From positions 56,978,001-57,042,000 of the forward strand of contig OZ024743.1 of assembly GCA_964016885.1 (NCBI GenBank): a stretch of DNA of 64,000 nucleotides. The letters are read 5' to 3'. Origin of the DNA: Eledone cirrhosa. Lineage: Eukaryota. The position numbers and the translations under genes were made by a program. The notes beneath the pieces are model-generated. The model ran no database searches and was not told where the DNA came from. It worked only from the letters and a program-made list of their open reading frames with translations. Shown piece after piece: positions 23,469 through 38,494 of the stretch; the stretch's first letter is position 1; each line of letters begins with the position of its first letter.

Positions 23469-23690
23469 GGGTGGTGGGCAGTGGATTGGTAGCATCGATA
23501 GAGCTTTCAGACAAAATACTTTGCGACATAGTTACAGCGGTTCTTTACGTGCTGAATTAAAATCTCGCTGAAAACAACTTTGCTTTTCATTTTTCCGGGG
23601 TTAATAAAATAAGAACCGGTTAAGTACTGGGATCGATTTAACTGGCTTTTCCCTTCCCTAAATTGCTGGTCTTGGGTTTATGTTTGATAG
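23469..23690 (+). mobile_element. Diverged tRNA-derived SINE
   Basis: ggtggtgggcagtggattggtagcatcg... ctttacgtgctgaattaaaatctcgc... cttttcattttccggggttaataaaataag, similar to the other SINE copies. Confidence 0.6.
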
Positions 23691-23884
23691 AATTACCACA
23701 AGAGTGATAGATGACTTGTAATATGATAAATTATGCCTGGTGCCAAAAAGAAATCATGAGTGTCACGGTGGAGACGGAAAAGATAAAGAAATTGTTTTAA
23801 GGCTAAAGATGTCAGTCAGAGTTCAGAGAGCTAGATGAGTGAGAAGAGAAGCAGACTGATTCTTAAAAGCTGTCCAGACATCTC

Positions 23885-24574
23885 CGAGCGTCACTGACTA
23901 ACAGACTGCCGAGAGCCATAATTATATTTTCATTTTTCAGTTAAGGTGATACTACTAAGAGACGGCTGACCCCTGAGGGCCAGAAGCGCGTTTCCACTGC
24001 TTTCTTAAGGTGACACTGACTAACAGAGGGTCAGAGGTGCGTTTTCATTGCTCGGTTAAGGAGATTCGAACTAACAGACTGCTGACCGCTGAGGTTGCTT
24101 ACCCTTTCATTAATGGTTTATGTTTTCACTTCGATAACATACGTATTAGGAGTATTTTCATTGTTAACACTAACTAAGAATGCTAACTGTTGAAGGCCAG
24201 AGGTGAATTTTCACTGCTCATCTAAGGTGACACTAACAGATCGCTAACTCCAAAGGGCCAGAAGAGTGTTTTCACTGCTCGGCTAGGTGACATTAACACG
24301 CATCTGACTCCCAGACTGCTAAGGGTCAGAAACTTGTTTTCACTGTCCGTTACGGTGACATTAAGTAACAGGCTGTTGACTACTGAGGGTCAGACACGTG
24401 TTTTAAATGCTTAGCTGGGTTACACTGACTCATATTGCTGACTGCTGAGGGCCAGGGACGTGTTTTCACTGCTTAATTAAGATGACACTGATTAACAGAC
24501 CGCTGGATACTGAGGGCCAGAGACGTGTTTTGACTGCTCAGCTCGGGCGATACTAAGTAACATTGTTGACCACT
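23885..24574. repeat. Degenerate edge monomers of the 65-bp satellite
   Basis: About 10-11 copies of ctgagggccaga..gtgttttcactgct..ggtgacactaactaaca, increasingly diverged toward the left. Confidence 0.85.
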
Positions 24575-27500
24575 GAGGGCCAGAGACGTGTTTTCACTGT
24601 TCAGCTAGGGTGATACTAACTAACACACTGCCGAGTACTGAGGGCCAGAGACGTGTTTTTACTACTTAGTTAGGGTGATACTAACTGACACACTGCCGAG
24701 TACTGAGTGTCAGAGACGTGTTTTTACTACTCAGTTAGGGTGATACTAACTAACACACTGCCGAGTACTGAGGGTCAGAGACGTGTTTTTACTACTCAGT
24801 TAGGGTGATACTAACTAACACACAGCCGAGTACTGAGGGCCAGAGACGTGTTTTTACTACTCAGTTAGGGTGATACTAACTAACACACTGCCGAGTACTG
24901 AGGGTCAGAGACGTGTTTTTACTACTCAGTTAGGGTGATACTAACTGACACACTGCCGAGTACTGAGGGTCAGAGACGTGTTTTTACTACTCAGTTAGGG
25001 TGATACTAACTAACACACTGCCGAGTACTGAGGGTCAGAGACGTGTTTTTACTACTCAGTTAGGGTGATACTAACTAACACACTGCCGAGTACTGAGGGT
25101 CAGAGACGTGTTTTTACTACTCAGTTAGGGTGATACTAACTGACACACTGCCGAGTACTGAGGGTCAGAGACGTGTTTTTACTACTCAGTTAGGGTGATA
25201 CTAACTAACACACTGCCGAGTACTGAGGGTCAGAGACGTGTTTTTACTACTCAGTTAGGGTGATACTAACTGACACACTGCCGAGTACTGAGGGTCAGAG
25301 ACGTGTTTTTACTACTCAGTTAGGGTGATACTAACTAACACACTGCCGAGTACTGAGGGTCAGAGACGTGTTTTTACTACTCAGTTAGGGTGATACTAAC
25401 TGACACACTGCCGAGTACTGAGGGTCAGAGACGTGTTTTTACTACTCAGTTAGGGTGATACTAACTAACACACTGCCGAGTACTGAGGGTCAGAGACGTG
25501 TTTTTACTACTCAGTTAGGGTGATACTAACTGACACACTGCCGAGTACTGAGGGTCAGAGACGTGTTTTTACTACTCAGTTAGGGTGATACTAACTAACA
25601 CACTGCCGAGTACTGAGGGTGAGAGACGTGTTTTTACTACTCAGTTAGGGTGATACTAACTAACACACTGCCGAGTACTGAGGGCCAGAGACGTGTTTTT
25701 ACTACTCAGTTAGGGTGATACTAACTAACACACTGCCGAGTACTGAGGGCCAGAGACGTGTTTTTACTGCTTAGCTAGGGTGATACTAACTAACACACTG
25801 CCGAGTACTGAGGGTCAGAGACGTGTTTTTACTACTCAGTTAGGGTGATACTAACTGACACACTGCCGAGTACTGAGGGTCAGAGACGTGTTTTTACTAC
25901 TCAGTTAGGGTGATACTAACTAACACACTGCCGAGTACTGAGGGCCAGAGACGTGTTTTTACTGCTTAGCTAGGGTGATACTAACTAACACACTGCCGAG
26001 TACTGAGGGCCAGAGACGTGTTTTTACTACTCAGTTAGGGTGATACTAACTAACACACTGCCGAGTACTGAGGGCCAGAGACGTGTTTTTACTGCTCAGT
26101 TAGGGTGCTACTAACTAACACACTGCCGAGTACTGAGGGTCAGAGACGTGTTTTTACTACTCAGTTAGGGTGATAATAACTAACACACTGCCGAGTACTG
26201 AGGGTCAGAGACGTGTTTTTAATACTCAGTTAGGGTGATACTAACTAACACACTGCCGAGTACTGAGGGCCAGAGACGTGTTTTTACTGCTTAGCTAGGG
26301 TGATACTAACTAACACTCTGCCGAGTACTGAGGGTCAGAGACGTGTTTTTACTACTCAGTTAGGGTGATACTAACTGACACACTGCCGAGTACTGAGGGT
26401 GAGAGACGTGTTTTTACTACTCAGTTAGGGTGATACTAACTAACACACTGCCGAGTACTGAGGGCCAGAGACGTGTTTTTACTGCTCAGTTAGGGTGATA
26501 CTAACTAACACACTGCCGAGTACTGAGGGTCAGAGACGTGTTTTTACTACTCAGTTAGGGTGATACTAACTAACACACTGCCGAGTACTGAGGGCCAGAG
26601 ACGTGTTTTTACTACTCAGTTAGAGTGATACTAACTAACACACTGCCGAGTACTGAGGGCTAGAGACGTGTTTTTACTACTCAGTTAGGGTGATACTAAC
26701 TGACACACTGCCGAGTACTGAGGGTCAGAGACGTGTTTTTACTACTCAGTTAGGGTGATACTAACTAACACACTGCCGAGTACTGAGGGCCAGAGACGTG
26801 TTTTTACTACTCAGTTAGGGTGATACTAACTGACACACTGCCGAGTACTGAGGGTCAGAGACGTGTTTTTACTACTCAGTTAGGGTGATACTAACTAACA
26901 CACTGCCGAGTACTGAGGGTCAGAGACGTGATTTTACTATTCAGTTAGGGTGATACTAACTGACACACTGCCGAGTACTGAGGGTCAGAGACGTGTTTTT
27001 ACTACTCAGTTAGGGTGATACTAACTGACACACTGCCGAGTACTGAGGGTCAGAGACGTGTTTTTACTACTCAGTTAGGGTGATACTAACTAACACACTG
27101 CCGAGTACTGAGGGTCAGAGACGTGTTTTTACTACTCAGTTAGGGTGATACTAACTGACACACTGCCGAGTACTGAGGGTCAGACACGTGTTTTTACTAC
27201 TCAGTTAGGGTGATACTAACTAACACACTGCCGAGTACTGAGGGTCAGAGACGTGTTTTTACTGCTTAGCTAGGGTGATACTAACTAACACACTGCCGAG
27301 TACTGAGGGTCAGAGACGTGTTTTTACTACTCAGTTAGGGTGATACTAACTGACACACTGCCGAGTACTGAGGGTCAGAGACGTGTTTTTACTACTCAGT
27401 TAGGGTGATACTAACTAACACACTGCCGAGTACTGAGGGCCAGAGACATGTTTTTCTGCTTAGCTAGGGTGATACTAACTAACACACTGCCGAGTACTGA

Positions 27501-30500
27501 GAGCCAGAGACGTGTTTTTACTGCTCAGTTAGGGTGATACTAACTAACACACTGCCGAGTACTGAGGGTCAGAGACGTGTTTTTACTACTCAGTTAGGGT
27601 GATACTAACTAACACACTGCCGAGTACTGAGGGCCAGAGACGTGTTTTTACTACTCAGTTAGGGTGATACTAACTAACACACTGCCGAGTACTGAGGGTC
27701 AGAGACGTGTTTTTACTACTCAGTTAGGGTGATACTAACTAACACACTGCCGAGTACTGAGGGTCAGAGACGTGTTTTTACTACTCAGTTAGGGTGATAA
27801 TAACTAACACACTGCCGAGTACTGAGGGTCAGAGACGTGTTTTTAATACTCAGTTAGGGTGATACTAACTAACACACTGCCGAGTACTGAGGGCCAGAGA
27901 CGTGTTTTTACTGCTTAGCTAGGGTGATACTAACTAACACTCTGCCGAGTACTGAGGGTCAGAGACGTGTTTTTACTACTCAGTTAGGGTGATACTAACT
28001 GACACACTGCCGAGTACTGAGGGTGAGAGACGTGTTTTTACTACTCAGTTAGGGTGATACTAACTAACACACTGCCGAGTACTGAGGGCCAGAGACGTGT
28101 TTTTACTGCTCAGTTAGGGTGATACTAACTAACACACTGCCGAGTACTGAGGGTCAGAGACGTGTTTTTACTACTCAGTTAGGGTGATACTAACTAACAC
28201 ACTGCCGAGTACTGAGGGCCAGAGACGTGTTTTTACTACTCAGTTAGAGTGATACTAACTAACACACTGCCGAGTACTGAGGGCTAGAGACGTGTTTTTA
28301 CTACTCAGTTAGGGTGATACTAACTGACACACTGCCGAGTACTGAGGGTCAGAGACGTGTTTTTACTACTCAGTTAGGGTGATACTAACTAACACACTGC
28401 CGAGTACTGAGGGCCAGAGACGTGTTTTTACTACTCAGTTAGGGTGATACTAACTGACACACTGCCGAGTACTGAGGGTCAGAGACGTGTTTTTACTACT
28501 CAGTTAGGGTGATACTAACTAACACACTGCCGAGTACTGAGGGTCAGAGACGTGATTTTACTATTCAGTTAGGGTGATACTAACTGACACACTGCCGAGT
28601 ACTGAGGGTCAGAGACGTGTTTTTACTACTCAGTTAGGGTGATACTAACTGACACACTGCCGAGTACTGAGGGTCAGAGACGTGTTTTTACTACTCAGTT
28701 AGGGTGATACTAACTAACACACTGCCGAGTACTGAGGGTCAGAGACGTGTTTTTACTACTCAGTTAGGGTGATACTAACTGACACACTGCCGAGTACTGA
28801 GGGTCAGACACGTGTTTTTACTACTCAGTTAGGGTGATACTAACTAACACACTGCCGAGTACTGAGGGTCAGAGACGTGTTTTTACTGCTTAGCTAGGGT
28901 GATACTAACTAACACACTGCCGAGTACTGAGGGTCAGAGACGTGTTTTTACTACTCAGTTAGGGTGATACTAACTGACACACTGCCGAGTACTGAGGGTC
29001 AGAGACGTGTTTTTACTACTCAGTTAGGGTGATACTAACTAACACACTGCCGAGTACTGAGGGCCAGAGACATGTTTTTCTGCTTAGCTAGGGTGATACT
29101 AACTAACACACTGCCGAGTACTGAGAGCCAGAGACGTGTTTTTACTGCTCAGTTAGGGTGATACTAACTAACACACTGCCGAGTACTGAGGGTCAGAGAC
29201 GTGTTTTTACTACTCAGTTAGGGTGATACTAACTAACACACTGCCGAGTACTGAGGGCCAGAGACGTGTTTTTACTACTCAGTTAGGGTGATACTAACTA
29301 ACACACTGCCGAGTACTGAGGGTCAGAGACGTGTTTTTACTACTCAGTTAGGGTGATACTAACTAACACACTGCCGAGTACTGAGGGTCAGAGACGTGTT
29401 TTTACTACTCAGTTAGGGTGATACTAACTGACACACTGCCGAGTACTGAGGGTCAGAGACGTGTTTTTACTACTCAGTTAGGGTTATACTAACTAACACA
29501 CTGCCGAGTACTGAGGGTCAGAGACGTGTTTTTACTACTCAGTTAGGGTGATACTAACTGACACACTGTCGAGTACTGAGGGTCAGAGACGTGTTTTTAC
29601 TACTCAGTTAGGGTGATACTAACTAACACACTGCCGAGTACTGAGGGTCAGAGACGTGTTTTTACTACTCAGTTAGGGTGATACTAACTAACACACTGCC
29701 GAGTACTGAGGGCCAGGGACGTGTTTTTACTACTCAGTTAGGGTGATACTAAATAACACACTGCCGAGTACTGAGGGCCAGAGACGTGTTTTTACTGCTT
29801 AGCTAGGGTGATACTAACTAACACACTGCCGAGTACTGAGGGTCAGAGACGTGTTTTTACTACTCAGTTAGGGTGATACTAACTGACACACTGCAGAGTA
29901 CTGAGGGTCAGAGACGTGTTTTTACTACTCAGTTAGGGTGATACTAACTGACACACTGCCGAGTACTGAGGGTCAGAGACGTATTTTTACTACTCAGTTA
30001 GGGTGATAGTAACTCACACACTGCCGAGTACTGAGGGCCAGAGACGTGTTTTTACTGCTTAGCTAGGGTGATACTAACTAACACACTGCCGAGTACTGAG
30101 GGCCAGAGACGTGTTTTTACTACTCAGTTAGGGTGATACTAACTAACACACTGCTGAGTACTGAGGGCCAGAGACGTGTTTTTACTGCTCAGTTAGAGTG
30201 ATACTAACTAACACACTGCCGAGTACTGAGGGCCAGAGACGTGTTTTTACTACTCAGTTAGGGTGATACTAACTGACACACTGCAGAGTACTGAGGGTCA
30301 GAGACGTGTTTTTACTACTCAGTTAGGGTGATACTAACTGACACACTGCCGAGTACTGAGGGTCAGAGACGTATTTTTACTACTCAGTTAGGGTGATAGT
30401 AACTCACACACTGCCGAGTACTGAGGGCCAGAGACGTGTTTTTACTGCTTAGCTAGGGTGATACTAACTAACACACTGCCGAGTACTGAGGGCCAGAGAC

Positions 30501-33500
30501 GTGTTTTTACTACTCAGTTAGGGTGATACTAACTAACACACTGCTGAGTACTGAGGGCCAGAGACGTGTTTTTACTGCTCAGTTAGAGTGATACTAACTA
30601 ACACACTGCCGAGTACTGAGGGTCAGAGACGTGTTTTTACTACTCAGTTAGGGTGATACTAACTAACACACTGCCGAGTACTGAGGGCCAGAGACGTGTT
30701 TTTACTACTCAGTTAGGGTGATACTAACTAACACACTGCCGAGTACTGAGGGCCAGAGACGTGTTTTTACTACTCAGTTAGGGTGATACTAACTGACACA
30801 CTGCCGAGTACTGAGAGTCAGAGACGTGTTTTTACTACTCAGTTAGGGTGATACTAACTAACACACTGCCGAGTACTGAGGGCCAGAGACGTGTTTTTAT
30901 TACTCAGCTAGGGTGATACTAACTAACACACTGCCGAGTACTGAGGGCCAGAGACGTGTTTTTACTACTCAGCTAGGGTGATACTAACTGACACACTGCC
31001 GAGTACTGAGGGTCCGAGACGTGTTTTTACTACTCAGCTAGGGTGATACTAACTAACACACTGCCGAGTACTGAGGGTCAGAGACGTGTTTTTACTACTC
31101 AGTTAGGGTGATACTAACTGACACACTGCCGAGTACTGAGGGTCAGAGACGTGTTTTTACTACTCAGCTAGGGTGATACTAACTAACACACTGCCGAGTA
31201 CTGAGGGTCAGAGACGTGTTTTCACTGTTCAGCTAGGGTGATACTAACTAACACACTGCCGAGTACTGAGGGCCAGAGACGTGTTTTTACTACTTAGTTA
31301 GGGTGATACTAACTGACACACTGCCGAGTACTGAGTGTCAGAGACGTGTTTTTACTACTCAGTTAGGGTGATACTAACTAACACACTGCCGAGTACTGAG
31401 GGTCAGAGACGTGTTTTTACTACTCAGTTAGGGTGATACTAACTAACACACAGCCGAGTACTGAGGGCCAGAGACGTGTTTTTACTACTCAGTTAGGGTG
31501 ATACTAACTAACACACTGCCGAGTACTGAGGGTCAGAGACGTGTTTTTACTACTCAGTTAGGGTGATACTAACTGACACACTGCCGAGTACTGAGGGTCA
31601 GAGACGTGTTTTTACTACTCAGTTAGGGTGATACTAACTAACACACTGCCGAGTACTGAGGGTCAGAGACGTGTTTTTACTACTCAGTTAGGGTGATACT
31701 AACTAACACACTGCCGAGTACTGAGGGTCAGAGACGTGTTTTTACTACTCAGTTAGGGTGATACTAACTGACACACTGCCGAGTACTGAGGGTCAGAGAC
31801 GTGTTTTTACTACTCAGTTAGGGTGATACTAACTAACACACTGCCGAGTACTGAGGGTCAGAGACGTGTTTTTACTACTCAGTTAGGGTGATACTAACTG
31901 ACACACTGCCGAGTACTGAGGGTCAGAGACGTGTTTTTACTACTCAGTTAGGGTGATACTAACTAACACACTGCCGAGTACTGAGGGTCAGAGACGTGTT
32001 TTTACTACTCAGTTAGGGTGATACTAACTGACACACTGCCGAGTACTGAGGGTCAGAGACGTGTTTTTACTACTCAGTTAGGGTGATACTAACTAACACA
32101 CTGCCGAGTACTGAGGGTCAGAGACGTGTTTTTACTACTCAGTTAGGGTGATACTAACTGACACACTGCCGAGTACTGAGGGTCAGAGACGTGTTTTTAC
32201 TACTCAGTTAGGGTGATACTAACTAACACACTGCCGAGTACTGAGGGTGAGAGACGTGTTTTTACTACTCAGTTAGGGTGATACTAACTAACACACTGCC
32301 GAGTACTGAGGGTCAGAGACGTGTTTTTACTACTCAGTTAGGGTGATACTAACTGACACACTGCCGAGTACTGAGGGTCAGAGACGTGTTTTTACTACTC
32401 AGTTAGGGTGATACTAACTAACACACTGCCGAGTACTGAGGGCCAGAGACGTGTTTTTACTACTCAGTTAGGGTGATACTAACTAACACACTGCCGAGTA
32501 CTGAGGGCCAGAGACGTGTTTTTACTGCTTAGCTAGGGTGATACTAACTAACACACTGCCGAGTACTGAGGGTCAGAGACGTGTTTTTACTACTCAGTTA
32601 GGGTGATACTAACTGACACACTGCCGAGTACTGAGGGTCAGAGACGTGTTTTTACTACTCAGTTAGGGTGATACTAACTAACACACTGCCGAGTACTGAG
32701 GGCCAGAGACGTGTTTTTACTGCTTAGCTAGGGTGATACTAACTAACACACTGCCGAGTACTGAGGGCCAGAGACGTGTTTTTACTACTCAGTTAGGGTG
32801 ATACTAACTAACACACTGCCGAGTACTGAGGGCCAGAGACGTGTTTTTACTGCTCAGTTAGGGTGCTACTAACTAACACACTGCCGAGTACTGAGGGTCA
32901 GAGACGTGTTTTTACTACTCAGTTAGGGTGATAATAACTAACACACTGCCGAGTACTGAGGGTCAGAGACGTGTTTTTAATACTCAGTTAGGGTGATACT
33001 AACTAACACACTGCCGAGTACTGAGGGCCAGAGACGTGTTTTTACTGCTTAGCTAGGGTGATACTAACTAACACTCTGCCGAGTACTGAGGGTCAGAGAC
33101 GTGTTTTTACTACTCAGTTAGGGTGATACTAACTGACACACTGCCGAGTACTGAGGGTGAGAGACGTGTTTTTACTACTCAGTTAGGGTGATACTAACTA
33201 ACACACTGCCGAGTACTGAGGGCCAGAGACGTGTTTTTACTGCTCAGTTAGGGTGATACTAACTAACACACTGCCGAGTACTGAGGGTCAGAGACGTGTT
33301 TTTACTACTCAGTTAGGGTGATACTAACTAACACACTGCCGAGTACTGAGGGCCAGAGACGTGTTTTTACTACTCAGTTAGGGTGATACTAACTAACACA
33401 CTGCCGAGTACTGAGGGCTAGAGACGTGTTTTTACTACTCAGTTAGGGTGATACTAACTGACACACTGCCGAGTACTGAGGGTCAGAGACGTGTTTTTAC

Positions 33501-36500
33501 TACTCAGTTAGGGTGATACTAACTAACACACTGCCGAGTACTGAGGGCCAGAGACGTGTTTTTACTACTCAGTTAGGGTGATACTAACTGACACACTGCC
33601 GAGTACTGAGGGTCAGAGACGTGTTTTTACTACTCAGTTAGGGTGATACTAACTAACACACTGCCGAGTACTGAGGGTCAGAGACGTGATTTTACTATTC
33701 AGTTAGGGTGATACTAACTGACACACTGCCGAGTACTGAGGGTCAGAGACGTGTTTTTACTACTCAGTTAGGGTGATACTAACTGACACACTGCCGAGTA
33801 CTGAGGGTCAGAGACGTGTTTTTACTACTCAGTTAGGGTGATACTAACTAACACACTGCCGAGTACTGAGGGTCAGAGACGTGTTTTTACTACTCAGTTA
33901 GGGTGATACTAACTGACACACTGCCGAGTACTGAGGGTCAGACACGTGTTTTTACTACTCAGTTAGGGTGATACTAACTAACACACTGCCGAGTACTGAG
34001 GGTCAGAGACGTGTTTTTACTGCTTAGCTAGGGTGATACTAACTAACACACTGCCGAGTACTGAGGGTCAGAGACGTGTTTTTACTACTCAGTTAGGGTG
34101 ATACTAACTGACACACTGCCGAGTACTGAGGGTCAGAGACGTGTTTTTACTACTCAGTTAGGGTGATACTAACTAACACACTGCCGAGTACTGAGGGCCA
34201 GAGACGTGTTTTTACTACTCAGTTAGGGTGATACTAACTGACACACTGCCGAGTACTGAGGGTCAGAGACGTGTTTTTACTACTCAGTTAGGGTGATACT
34301 AACTAACACACTGCCGAGTACTGAGGGTCAGAGACGTGTTTTTACTACTCAGTTAGGGTGATACTAACTGACACACTGCCGAGTACTGAGGGTCAGAGAC
34401 GTGTTTTTACTACTCAGTTAGGGTGATACTAACTAACACACTGCCGAGTACTGAGGGTCAGAGACGTGTTTTTACTACTCAGTTAGGGTGATACTAACTG
34501 ACACACTGCCGAGTACTGAGGGTCAGAGACGTGTTTTTACTACTCAGTTAGGGTGATACTAACTAACACACTGCCGAGTACTGAGGGCCAGAGACGTGTT
34601 TTTACTGCTTAGCTAGGGTGATACTAACTAACACACTGCCGAGTACTGAGGGTCAGAGACGTGTTTTTACTACTCAGTTAGGGTGATACTAACTGACACA
34701 CTGCCGAGTACTGAGGGTCAGAGACGTGTTTTTACTACTCAGTTAGGGTGATACTAACTAACACACTGCCGAGTACTGAGGGCCAGAGACATGTTTTTCT
34801 GCTTAGCTAGGGTGATACTAACTAACACACTGCCGAGTACTGAGGGCCAGAGACGTGTTTTTACTGCTCAGTTAGGGTGATACTAACTAACACACTGCCG
34901 AGTACTGAGGGTCAGAGACGTGTTTTTACTACTCAGTTAGGGTGATACTAACTAACACACTGCCGAGTACTGAGGGCCAGAGACGTGTTTTTACTACTCA
35001 GTTAGGGTGATACTAACTAACACACTGCCGAGTACTGAGGGTCAGAGACGTGTTTTTACTACTCAGTTAGGGTGATACTAACTAACACACTGCCGAGTAC
35101 TGAGGGTCAGAGACGTGTTTTTACTACTCAGTTAGGGTGATACTAACTGACACACTGCCGAGTACTGAGGGTCAGAGACGTGTTTTTACTACTCAGTTAG
35201 GGTTATACTAACTAACACACTGCCGAGTACTGAGGGTCAGAGACGTGTTTTTACTACTCAGTTAGGGTGATACTAACTGACACACTGTCGAGTACTGAGG
35301 GTCAGAGACGTGTTTTTACTACTCAGTTAGGGTGATACTAACTAACACACTGCCGAGTACTGAGGGTCAGAGACGTGTTTTTACTACTCAGTTAGGGTGA
35401 TACTAACTAACACACTGCCGAGTACTGAGGGCCAGGGACGTGTTTTTACTACTCAGTTAGGGTGATACTAACTAACACACTGCCGAGTACTGAGGGCCAG
35501 AGACGTGTTTTTACTGCTTAGCTAGGGTGATACTAACTAACACACTGCCGAGTACTGAGGGTCAGAGACGTGTTTTTACTACTCAGTTAGGGTGATACTA
35601 ACTGACACACTGCAGAGTACTGAGGGTCAGAGACGTGTTTTTACTACTCAGTTAGGGTGATACTAACTGACACACTGCCGAGTACTGAGGGTCAGAGACG
35701 TATTTTTACTACTCAGTTAGGGTGATAGTAACTCACACACTGCCGAGTACTGAGGGCCAGAGACGTGTTTTTACTGCTTAGCTAGGGTGATACTAACTAA
35801 CACACTGCCGAGTACTGAGGGCCAGAGACGTGTTTTTACTACTCAGTTAGGGTGATACTAACTAACACACTGCTGAGTACTGAGGGCCAGAGACGTGTTT
35901 TTACTGCTCAGTTAGAGTGATACTAACTAACACACTGCCGAGTACTGAGGGCCAGAGACGTGTTTTTACTACTCAGTTAGGGTGATACTAACTGACACAC
36001 TGCAGAGTACTGAGGGTCAGAGACGTGTTTTTACTACTCAGTTAGGGTGATACTAACTGACACACTGCCGAGTACTGAGGGTCAGAGACGTATTTTTACT
36101 ACTCAGTTAGGGTGATAGTAACTCACACACTGCCGAGTACTGAGGGCCAGAGACGTGTTTTTACTGCTTAGCTAGGGTGATACTAACTAACACACTGCCG
36201 AGTACTGAGGGCCAGAGACGTGTTTTTACTACTCAGTTAGGGTGATACTAACTAACACACTGCTGAGTACTGAGGGCCAGAGACGTGTTTTTACTGCTCA
36301 GTTAGAGTGATACTAACTAACACACTGCCGAGTACTGAGGGTCAGAGACGTGTTTTTACTACTCAGTTAGGGTGATACTAACTAACACACTGCCGAGTAC
36401 TGAGGGCCAGAGACGTGTTTTTACTACTCAGTTAGGGTGATACTAACTAACACACTGCCGAGTACTGAGGGCCAGAGACGTGTTTTTACTACTCAGTTAG

Positions 36501-37019
36501 GGTGATACTAACTGACACACTGCCGAGTACTGAGAGTCAGAGACGTGTTTTTACTACTCAGTTAGGGTGATACTAACTAACACACTGCCGAGTACTGAGG
36601 GCCAGAGACGTGTTTTTATTACTCAGCTAGGGTGATACTAACTAACACACTGCCGAGTACTGAGGGCCAGAGACGTGTTTTTACTACTCAGCTAGGGTGA
36701 TACTAACTGACACACTGCCGAGTACTGAGGGTCAGAGACGTGTTTTTACTACTCAGCTAGGGTGATACTAACTAACACACTGCCGAGTACTGAGGGTCAG
36801 AGACGTGTTTTTACTACTCAGTTAGGGTGATACTAACTGACACACTGCCGAGTACTGAGAGTCAGAGACGTGTTTTTACTACTCAGCTAGGGTGATACTA
36901 ACTAACACACTGCCGAGTACTGAGGGTCAGAGACGTGTTTTTACTACTCAGCTAGGGTGATACTAACTAACACACTGCCGAGTACTGAGGGTCAGAGACG
37001 TGTTTTCACTGCTTAGCTA
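24575..37019. repeat. Homogeneous 65-bp satellite array, ~191 monomers
   Basis: Consensus ctgagggtcagagacgtgtttttactactcagttagggtgatactaactaacacactgccgagta. Period confirmed at 24901/24966/25031/25096. Confidence 0.97.
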
Positions 37020-37477
37020 AGACGCTTTCCATTTTCGATTCAATCTTTATGTAGCAACTATGATTTCTATTTTCCGTGACAATTTCTAAATACTGCTTTT
37101 TAGTTTTCCCAGCCTAGCTGCCCAGGTCGCGGTTCCAAAATGCCTGCATGGCCAATCGAACCTAAGATTTTATTATAATGAAATGAAACTCTTAAACCAA
37201 ACGACAACGCTTGAATCCACACTTTTGCAAGCAGTCGTCGCTATATCTACAGTTAGTTGCCAGATATTAAAGAGTGAAGTATGATTACTTTTAAACTTGT
37301 TTTATTGAATGCAGTAAAAGTTGCTTCATTCAAATATCGGATGTAAAAATGACTGACGTAAAAACTAACACCAAATACACTGAGAGGATGAATCGAAGGT
37401 ATATTTGAATAGTTGGATACCTTTTGATATACACCATACATTATATATATATATATATATATATATATACTACCACA

Positions 37478-37516
<39 letters not shown>

Positions 37517-37593
37517 ACACACACACATATATATGTAGATATATATATATATATATAAACGTATATATACATGTACGTACATATATGCATTTT

Positions 37594-37666
<73 letters not shown>

Positions 37667-37787
37667 AGATATATATGCGTATGCATGTGCGTATGTATGT
37701 ACATACGTATATACACATATATGTATATACGTATGTACATACATACGCACATACATACATACATACATACATACATACATACATACA

Positions 37788-37818
<31 letters not shown>

Positions 37819-38318
37819 GTTATCGAAGAGAAAACATACAGCATTGATGAACGGGTAGGCAACCGATATTCCCGCTGCTCTACGTATTTCTTCACTGTTC
37901 TCCACCCGAATCAGTATTCATCAAAAGTAACCTTAATCTTCTAATTGCCGCTAGAATACACACAGAACATTTATCTAGGGAAAAATCGATTATTTTTCCA
38001 TATATATGAAAATATTTGCATTCCTTATAAAAGATCGTGAATTTTGAGATGTGGGTTAAAAATATATATTAAAACGAAAAAATCTTGTTTTTGGTTTTTG
38101 CTTTGTATTCGCCCTTTAAGCGATTCGGGTACTTATGTAAATACTCCTTTGGAATGTTTCAAAACTTATAAGTATTAAATAACTCTTATGATCGATTTCT
38201 AGCGACAGTGATCCAAATTGCTGAACTCTTCTACGAAAAAAACAAAAAAAAACCTAAAAAAAAACCTCACATAAAAAAAGTAACTAGCGAAGATACGGTA
38301 AAACGATTATAAGTGTGC

Positions 38319-38431
<113 letters not shown>

Positions 38432-38443
38432 TTAATATAGATG

Positions 38444-38494
38444 AGATTCTACAGGACTAGAACTGTTTCATTCTTTAGAAATCATCAGGAATCT
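38444..38494 (-). ncRNA. Hammerhead ribozyme motif
   Basis: Minus strand: AGATTC CTGATGA TTTC-TAAA-GAAT GAAA CAG-ttctagtc-CTG TA GAATCT. Related copy on + at 48896-48942. Confidence 0.7.

Noticed and set aside
24575-37019. Satellite as a CRISPR array or coding repeat
   Set aside because: There are no unique spacers and no cas genes, and the context is eukaryotic. The 65-bp period is not a multiple of 3 and no ORF is reported across it.
24575-37019. Satellite monomer as a hammerhead (AGTA CTGAGGG TCA GAGA CGTG TT..TACT)
   Set aside because: A9 and one A of GAAA are substituted, there is no stem II, and stem I is out of register. The resemblance is too weak to call.
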